Shown here piece after piece: positions 59,101 through 64,000 of a stretch of DNA of 64,000 nucleotides. The position numbers and the translations under genes are program-made. The notes under the pieces were generated by a model. It was given only the letters and a program-made list of their open reading frames with translations, was not told the DNA's origin and made no database searches. This DNA is from Kiritimatiellia bacterium. Lineage in GTDB: Bacteria; Verrucomicrobiota; Kiritimatiellia; UBA8416; JAWODU01. Location: contig JAWODU010000019.1 of the NCBI GenBank assembly GCA_046483125.1, positions 1,911 to 65,910 on the forward strand, in the 5' to 3' direction. Numbering within the stretch: position 1 is the stretch's first letter; each line of letters starts with the position of its first letter.

Positions 59101-61511
59101 AGATCCGGACTGCCCTGCGAAGAGAACTCGTCGATGGCGTAGGTGCGGACCAGCGTTGACCACAGCCAGTACTGGTGCTTTCGTTCGACCTTTCCGATGG
59201 TGTCCGGAGAAGCCAGTACGGGCTCGTCTATCAGCCGGGGAAGGTAGCGGCTCAGCCATTCCATGTTCCGTTCCGCCGTGTCTGAATCCAGTCTTTCGGC
59301 CGTGTCCGCCGGGCTGAATGCGGCCCCCTCGTTCACAAACACTCCTTTAAGGGCCATCGCCGGTGTCCGGCCCGAATGGAACACCGCCGAGGGTGATTCC
59401 CATCCCGGGAAAAAACGTTTCTGGCTCTTGCCCGCGGCTCCGCCCAGGGTTTCCAGGAACGGACTTTTCTCTGTTCCCGTTTCTTCGTCTATCTCGCCGG
59501 CGACACGCAGGCACAGGTTCCCCAGCCCCCTTTCCCAGTCGGTGGTAACGTTGGGGTCCAGGGAACAGAAACCCGCCTGCTCCGCGCGCCAGTTCATGTC
59601 CAGGTTTATAACCAGGGCCACCTGCCGCATCTGGAGGGCTTCGCGCAGATTGTCATTCGATGTATCAAGCGACAGCACCTCTTCTTTTTTCCGCTCGAAC
59701 TCCCCGAACCTCTCGACCAGCGTGTCCCGGTAATCCTTCAGAATGTTCCTGTGGATATCGCTGAGCGCGATTTCACGGTAGCGCACCTTGCTTCGTCCGA
59801 TGCCCACGTCAATTTTGTTGAAAAGCCTCAATACTTTTGCCAGATCATCTTTTCTTTTTATGGCTTTTTTCCGCAGATCTTCCAGGCGCTCATCATCCAT
59901 ATCTTCCACGCGGGCTAAATCAAGAAGGCGCAGTTTCGACATGTTGAGTTCACGCTTGGCCTTTGTCTGGAGCTTGTCCTTGACCGGAAGCCTTTTCCCC
60001 GTGCTGGCGTCCATCTCGCTGCGCCATTCCTCCAGGAGTTTTTCGTCGTCGAACACCGTCTTCGCCCGCCTGAGAAGGATGAATATTTTCTCGGCGGGCC
60101 ATTGCTTCATTTCCTCGACGTGACGCCGGTCCTTTTTGAGCATCCGGATCGCCTCGCTGTCCGTGGAAAACATGGCCAGAAATCCGCCGGCTTCTTTGGA
60201 CAGTTCCTCGACTACACGGTCTATTGCGGCATAAACGTCTTCGGCGTCGAACTCGGAAAGATCAAGCTTCCAGTCTATTTCCGGCACCGGCTGAAGTTCG
60301 ATCTCCGAGGTGTCTTTTTCCTGATCCTCCAGCCGCTCAAGTTCGTTTCTTCTTTCCTCGAGCAGTTTCTCGTGCTCGGCTTCGCGTTTTTCCTGCTGGA
60401 TCTCGTCAAGTCTGCCCATGATTTCCACGGCGGCGTAAAGGTCCGAAGCCGGTATGTCCACCGGTTCGAGCTTGAGCAGGCTGTACTTATCGTGAAAAAG
60501 CCTGGCTATCCGCATTTCCGTGCCGATGGAGTCTCTGAATTTGGCGATATCTTTCATACCGGCCAGAAGGTGCCATGCCAGGACGCGCTCTCCCCGGAAG
60601 TTCTGAGTATGGGCGTTCACGGCGCAGAGCAGGACCGTCCGGGCCGGCGGCTCCCGGCGAAGTTTTTCGAGAATCTCCAGCAGAAGGCAGAGGTTTCCCG
60701 CCCCCTGGGCGCCCCAGGACCTGTCGGGCACCGCGGAGGCGGCGTCCAGCGGGGCGGTAATCACCACCACTTCCCGTCCGAGGTCAGGGTCGTTTCCCGG
60801 TATCAATACCCAGGGGCTTTCGAGCACGCTGTTGGTCCAGATCGATGGAGAAGAATGGACCCGGCATTCGAGTTCGCCGCCGCCTTCCCCGCACAGTTCC
60901 CGGAGCACAAGCCCGTCCGAATGCGTAAGGAAAAACCGGGGAAATCCGACTTCGGTATTGTAAATCTTGGACAGGGAATCTTTGTACTGGTACCTGCCCT
61001 CGCCCAGCCCCATGAAGATAACACCCGCCGGATTAAACCTCAGAAGGTCCAGCCACGCGCCGCCGCAGTCGTAATCCATAAGGAAAAAAGCCCGGTCCAG
61101 TTCAATTCCGTTCACCGCCTTCAGGTCCCGGTACCCGCCCTTACGAAGGTCCACGAGACGGGTTGTTACGGTATCGCGAGGCAGGTTCCCGGGCCGCATG
61201 AGAGTGGGATGCATTACCGACAGGTTCACAGGGAGGGCGCCTTCGGCTTCAAGCCGCCCGCTCCCCGGCTCAAAGACCGGGGCTGTGAACCGGATTACCC
61301 CGTTGGTGAACCCGGAATCCGCGAAAACGCCCGCGACTTCCCGCTGAAGAGCGAGATTCCCCTTCATTCCCGGAGCGCGGGGCTGTGCGGAAATGCTCTC
61401 CATGTCGGCGGAGAACCCCGCAAAAGCCGCGGAGACGCCCTGCAGAAGTGCAATGGAACACAACCATGAAAAACAGCGGACCACCGCTGATCCTGCCCGG
61501 CCTGAATGCAC
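56127..61511 (-). CDS. Giant (1794 aa) MacB/FtsX-type permease fusion with a roughly 1000-aa N-terminal PA/M28-like ectodomain (catalytic residues not conserved) and a coiled-coil region
   Basis: N-terminal signal anchor. PA-like (GIELDRAFFLMDYDCGGAWLDLLRFNPAGVIFMG) and M28-like (VVVITAPLDAAS...GAQGAGN) segments lack the His/Asp/Glu zinc ligands. The C-terminal half holds TM clusters and the FtsX hallmark ERRSEIAVYNAIGL followed by three TM helices, with a MacB-like periplasmic domain between TM helices. Confidence 0.65.
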   Translation of the reverse strand: MHSGRAGSAVVRCFSWLCSIALLQGVSAAFAGFSADMESISAQPRAPGMKGNLALQREVAGVFADSGFTNGVIRFTAPVFEPGSGRLEAEGALPVNLSVMHPTLMRPGNLPRDTVTTRLVDLRKGGYRDLKAVNGIELDRAFFLMDYDCGGAWLDLLRFNPAGVIFMGLGEGRYQYKDSLSKIYNTEVGFPRFFLTHSDGLVLRELCGEGGGELECRVHSSPSIWTNSVLESPWVLIPGNDPDLGREVVVITAPLDAASAVPDRSWGAQGAGNLCLLLEILEKLRREPPARTVLLCAVNAHTQNFRGERVLAWHLLAGMKDIAKFRDSIGTEMRIARLFHDKYSLLKLEPVDIPASDLYAAVEIMGRLDEIQQEKREAEHEKLLEERRNELERLEDQEKDTSEIELQPVPEIDWKLDLSEFDAEDVYAAIDRVVEELSKEAGGFLAMFSTDSEAIRMLKKDRRHVEEMKQWPAEKIFILLRRAKTVFDDEKLLEEWRSEMDASTGKRLPVKDKLQTKAKRELNMSKLRLLDLARVEDMDDERLEDLRKKAIKRKDDLAKVLRLFNKIDVGIGRSKVRYREIALSDIHRNILKDYRDTLVERFGEFERKKEEVLSLDTSNDNLREALQMRQVALVINLDMNWRAEQAGFCSLDPNVTTDWERGLGNLCLRVAGEIDEETGTEKSPFLETLGGAAGKSQKRFFPGWESPSAVFHSGRTPAMALKGVFVNEGAAFSPADTAERLDSDTAERNMEWLSRYLPRLIDEPVLASPDTIGKVERKHQYWLWSTLVRTYAIDEFSSQGSPDLPVPGCMVTLYPGGNTLVPPLVDGDVVNCYPAITDISGSTYIYGLNDGQLCSTAYRMGEGFRKVTHTIDKGRVQESEEITSNIVPGPSTTLPMFPCREFPVYTRKDPTLAGSSQVKVDQWWPKSAQMQSEPEEYGVHGAISLSPAKSHVSTGPVAVYLWKKKQEGFHEDRLLLLTGNKRCALNPKEKEPGGYGYKNAEELGADFFAVAARDMDKLNRYRKNEMKGVANELLDTFLEKGKSALNRMEAEKAQRDHTGYLLALYGALGAEVKAYSQIRGMNADMLKAIMLYMAMMVPFCYFLQKLIFNFTKLQHELGAFTLLFLVTYVGFRFIHPAFAIAMNAEAIFIAFVLGAMGLFIAWVLKKRFQTEMELLFKTSGSMEFDVAYGTVGQTAMIIGVNNMKRRRVRTSLTTGTIVLVVFTMLAFSSVSRKAKPTLISKSENSPYTGLFYRAPGGKSMDEATAEVFNTLFTGKAQVLVRRIKLPPRGAKDARITWRLDLAGEEAQNVDVKAVVGLPQEDRYFLGPFPLLGGEFFSGPCAEEIIITAAMAEALGLHPDDAGETYVRFLGRDLKVAGILDDSRYRALRDLDPKLPLVPFQEKAAEAQQKSQGVEESDTDYVGMSTIDMASLVLLPAELAEDMDADPYTVSIRLRTRKEERSDTALWEAADFLLGITGAKFFLGSREPFRLGEDAEQDTDQGVYYVGSSYRTTIGGVSRLVIPLLIAGLIIFNTMLGTVYERRSEIAVYNAIGLNPLHIFTFFLAEALVYSFIGAIGGYLIGQIGAIAVKSAGLIQGININFSSLIVVWAILFTVGLVLLSTVYPAYVATRTAVPSGRRKWSLPDNDGEKMHVAFPFIYQLELAAGVVYYLYEYFSDFTEQSIGDLIASCKRIHKSKDDSGRPAYTLEYSVALAPFDLGVTQKVIFNARYDETVESYRLYMDIYRVSGQDTNWATTNRPFLQRMRKALMRWRNIDPTQHSWYVKESEKLFSGKEE

Positions 61512-61553
61512 TGTGCCCCCTATCCGATTTACGCCCGGCGGCGCGTCCCCTGC

Positions 61554-61943
61554 TTATCCGGCAGCCGTTTCTTCCCGTTTCAGCATGACGCTCACCAGAT
61601 TGCGTTTCATGAGTATTTTTATGAAGGCCACGACCCCGAGTTCCGATTCCCGGTAGCTCATGCCGAACTGCTTCTGAAAAGCGCGGATTATCTCAAGAAC
61701 GGTTCGTTCGTGATCTATGTTATCCACTACAAAACTACCGAATTCATCCAGCTCAAACCGCTTGTTTATGACCCGCGGCCGGAATCTTTCGAGAAAATGG
61801 TTCCGCCTGGTTTCCCTGATTTTAACACTGGACAAGCCTGAATCGGCCTTCTCGATTTTGACATTGTCCGAAATCACGGGCACCCCGGCCAGGGCGGCGC
61901 GGCGATCGATGCTGTTTCTGTGCCTTTTCCAGAATAAAGACAT
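61554..61943 (-). CDS. PqqD-family (RiPP recognition element-like) small protein, first gene of the minus-strand operon
   Basis: 129 aa. The C-terminal segment LDEFGSFVVDNIDHERTVLEIIRAFQKQFGMSYRESELGVVAFIKILMKRNLV fits the PqqD/RRE winged-helix pattern. Ends 42 nt upstream of the giant permease gene. Confidence 0.5.
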   Translation of the reverse strand: MSLFWKRHRNSIDRRAALAGVPVISDNVKIEKADSGLSSVKIRETRRNHFLERFRPRVINKRFELDEFGSFVVDNIDHERTVLEIIRAFQKQFGMSYRESELGVVAFIKILMKRNLVSVMLKREETAAG

Positions 61944-62083
61944 TCTTTGAGTTCCCCCGGCCGCGGCTCCGGCGGTTTTTTCTTGCCGCCCTGTTGCCGG
62001 GGCCCTATTAGAAACTTGCCCGGTTGAGTAATTCCATGATATATGAAGTTTTCCTGGGTCAGGTCAAGACGGATTCGAGACTA

Positions 62084-62842
62084 ATGGAAACAGCGGCAAC
62101 AAAAGACATAGTAATTCGCGCCCTTGGCGTAAAGCGCTACTACGGTGAGGGGGAAAACCTCACCAAAGCCCTCGACGGCGTAAGTCTGAACATCTACAGG
62201 GGTGAATATCTTTCGATTATGGGGCCTTCGGGATCCGGTAAAAGCACGCTTTTCAACATGATCGGCGGCATAGATTCGCCCACCGAAGGCATGGTGTTCA
62301 TTGACGAAATCGACGTGGCACAGCTCGATTCCTTTGAACTTGCCTGGATGCGCTGTCACAAAATCGGCTACATATTCCAGACCTACAATATACTTCCGGT
62401 GCTGACAGCGCTGGAAAACGTTACTTTGCCCATGACGTTCGCGGGGCTTTCACCGGACGAAGCCAGGGAAAAAGGGCGTGAAATCCTGCGGATCGTCGGT
62501 CTCGGCGACAGGGTCTTTCACCGCCCCTTCGAGCTTTCGGGCGGTCAACAGCAGAGGGTAGCCGTGGCAAGGGCCATAGCCAACGATCCGGTCATCGTTC
62601 TTGCCGACGAACCGACCGCCAACCTGGACGTGGACACCGGCCAGGAAATCATTGATCTCCTGGCCAAACTCAAGGAAGAGCGGGGAATGACCGTGATTTC
62701 GGCGACTCACGACATGAAGATGCTCGATATCTCCGACCGGATACTCTGGATAAGAGACGGACGCGTCCAGAGGCTGGAGGACCGCAGGAATCTGGACATC
62801 AACGTGGGCGGCATCGGGGGCAGATCAAAGCAGGCAGTCTGA
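62084..62842 (+). CDS. ABC transporter ATP-binding protein (MacB/LolD-type)
   Basis: Walker A GPSGSGKST, signature LSGGQQQRV and Walker B LADEPT. Likely start at the ATG at 62084 (METAATKDIVIRALGV); the track ORF starts at 62024. Confidence 0.85.
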   Translation: METAATKDIVIRALGVKRYYGEGENLTKALDGVSLNIYRGEYLSIMGPSGSGKSTLFNMIGGIDSPTEGMVFIDEIDVAQLDSFELAWMRCHKIGYIFQTYNILPVLTALENVTLPMTFAGLSPDEAREKGREILRIVGLGDRVFHRPFELSGGQQQRVAVARAIANDPVIVLADEPTANLDVDTGQEIIDLLAKLKEERGMTVISATHDMKMLDISDRILWIRDGRVQRLEDRRNLDINVGGIGGRSKQAV

Positions 62843-62855
62843 AAGGAAAACCATC

Positions 62856-63557
62856 TTGGCCGACACAGCAACAGCCAGTCGCGCCGCCGCTCCCGCCGGC
62901 GGCCTCAAGGGAACCATTCCCGAACAGTCCCCTCTGCCGTGGAACATGATCTGCCGGGTGGCGTCCGCCGGAATGAAGCGCCGCATGACGCGCTCCGTTA
63001 TGAGCATATCCATTGTCGTTCTGGCAATCGCCTTCGTGGCCTACATGCTGATTATAGACAACATTACCGTGTCCCTCGTAGCCGTGCGCGACAGTCGTCT
63101 TGCCGTACTGCTCCAGGAGAAAGGGGTCGAGGTATACGGCCGCACCGGAACGGATGAGATGACGGTTCTGCTGATAAGTCTGGCACTGCTTACCTGTACC
63201 GTGGGGATAGTAAACTCCATGCTGATGTCGGTAACCGAGCGGGTCCGTGAAATAGGAACGCTCAAATGCCTCGGCGCCAGGGACCTGTTCATCGTGAAAA
63301 CCTATTTTGTGGAAGCCACACTGCAGGGCATATTCGGCTCCATCTGCGGGATGGTTCTAGGGGTGCTGGTCGCGGTACTCGTCTCCATGACCGATTACCC
63401 CGGTTACGTTCTGCCCAACCTGCCGTACGGGACCATAGGGCGCTCGCTCCTGCTGGCCTTTCTCGCGGGTCTTGTTATATCGGTGATAGCGGCCATAGCC
63501 CCGGCCTATGCCGCCGCCCGCAAACAGCCCGTTGACGCGCTCAGGGTTGAAGAATGA
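62856..63557 (+). CDS. Minimal FtsX-family ABC permease (233 aa, 4 TM, no large periplasmic domain)
   Basis: TERVREIGTLKCLGA FtsX hallmark, with one TM helix before it and three after it. Confidence 0.7.
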   Translation: MADTATASRAAAPAGGLKGTIPEQSPLPWNMICRVASAGMKRRMTRSVMSISIVVLAIAFVAYMLIIDNITVSLVAVRDSRLAVLLQEKGVEVYGRTGTDEMTVLLISLALLTCTVGIVNSMLMSVTERVREIGTLKCLGARDLFIVKTYFVEATLQGIFGSICGMVLGVLVAVLVSMTDYPGYVLPNLPYGTIGRSLLLAFLAGLVISVIAAIAPAYAAARKQPVDALRVEE

Positions 63558-64000
63558 CAGACAACGCTCTCATATCGGTACGCGACGTCGCCAAGGTTTA
63601 CCGCATGGGCGACGAGGAAGTGCACGCCCTGCGGAACATTACCGCCGACATAGCCCGCGGCGAATACGTATCCATCATGGGGCCTTCCGGCTCGGGAAAA
63701 TCCACTCTCTTCAACATGATCGGCGGTCTGGACACTCCAAGCGGCGGTGAAGTTGTCGTGGACGGATGGAAACTGGCGGACCTCAACTCCGACCAGCTCG
63801 CGTGGTTCAGGAACCGCAACATCGGCTTCATTTTTCAGAACTTCAACCTGGTGCCCACAATGACCGCCGCCGAAAACGTGGCCATTGCCAGGATGTTTAC
63901 CGGTGTTTCCGCTCACGAGGCCAACGAAGCCGCCGGCCGGGTCCTGGAAAAAGTCGGGCTGGGGCACCGTCTCCATCACCTTCCCGGGGAAGTGTCCGGA
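63554..64000 (+). CDS. Second ABC transporter ATP-binding protein (MacB-type), 3' partial at window end
   Basis: Its ATG overlaps the permease stop (ATGA). Walker A GPSGSGKST. The frame is open to the end of the window. Confidence 0.85.
   Translation, partial: MTDNALISVRDVAKVYRMGDEEVHALRNITADIARGEYVSIMGPSGSGKSTLFNMIGGLDTPSGGEVVVDGWKLADLNSDQLAWFRNRNIGFIFQNFNLVPTMTAAENVAIARMFTGVSAHEANEAAGRVLEKVGLGHRLHHLPGEVSG

Overview
High-GC, gene-dense bacterial chromosomal window, probably from an uncultivated lineage. No rRNA or CRISPR array is present. Roughly 1-19.8 kb is a long minus-strand array of housekeeping genes: fabF (partial), fabG, an orphan lipoyl/E3-binding-domain protein, a 2012-aa secreted giant protein, an alpha/beta-hydrolase lipoprotein, purL, thiE, a bifunctional-nuclease/UVR protein, a CPA antiporter, a PtsN-like EIIA, a class IV aminotransferase and lipA. 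tRNA-Thr(UGU) sits at 19854-19929. A short lower-GC accessory islet (about 19.9-22.4 kb) lies immediately next to it; it carries three type II toxin-antitoxin modules (MazF-like, RelE/Phd, frameshifted HicB-like) and a possible IS remnant. The next block is a divergent GH3 adenylating enzyme, alpha-oxoamine synthase and GNAT/FemAB-like acyltransferase cluster, which is a candidate lipoamino-acid pathway, followed by a ferredoxin, nadA and a short pyruvate kinase. From 30.5 to 47.3 kb a co-directional minus-strand array runs through a 1085-aa (alpha/alpha)6-like protein, a secretin-N-like lipoprotein, an AsnB-like enzyme lacking the Cys nucleophile, an OpuA-type betaine ABC importer, an SPP-like phosphatase, two sucrose-phosphate-synthase-like GT4 enzymes (one fused to a GalT-like domain), a SAM methyltransferase and two non-Pyl MttB-family methyltransferases. 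After that come a rubredoxin that the ORF track missed, a DUF2400 protein and an AKR/Fe-S oxidoreductase. The most unusual locus is 50-64 kb. A small PqqD/RRE-like protein heads a minus-strand operon encoding a 1794-aa MacB/FtsX-type permease with a roughly 1000-aa PA/M28-like ectodomain, two paralogous large polytopic membrane proteins (one with a roughly 350-aa coiled-coil insert) and a 305-aa unknown protein. This operon is divergent from an ABC ATPase, minimal FtsX permease and ABC ATPase operon, and no recognisable modifying enzyme is present. A mosaic family of GC-rich intergenic repeats with hairpin potential and 9-bp tandem TGATCCTGT direct repeats recurs in gene-start-proximal spacers at about 7.9, 13.9, 15.5, 27.5 and 54.0 kb. 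Many long plus-strand ORFs in the track are antisense shadows of minus-strand genes, as expected for high-GC DNA.
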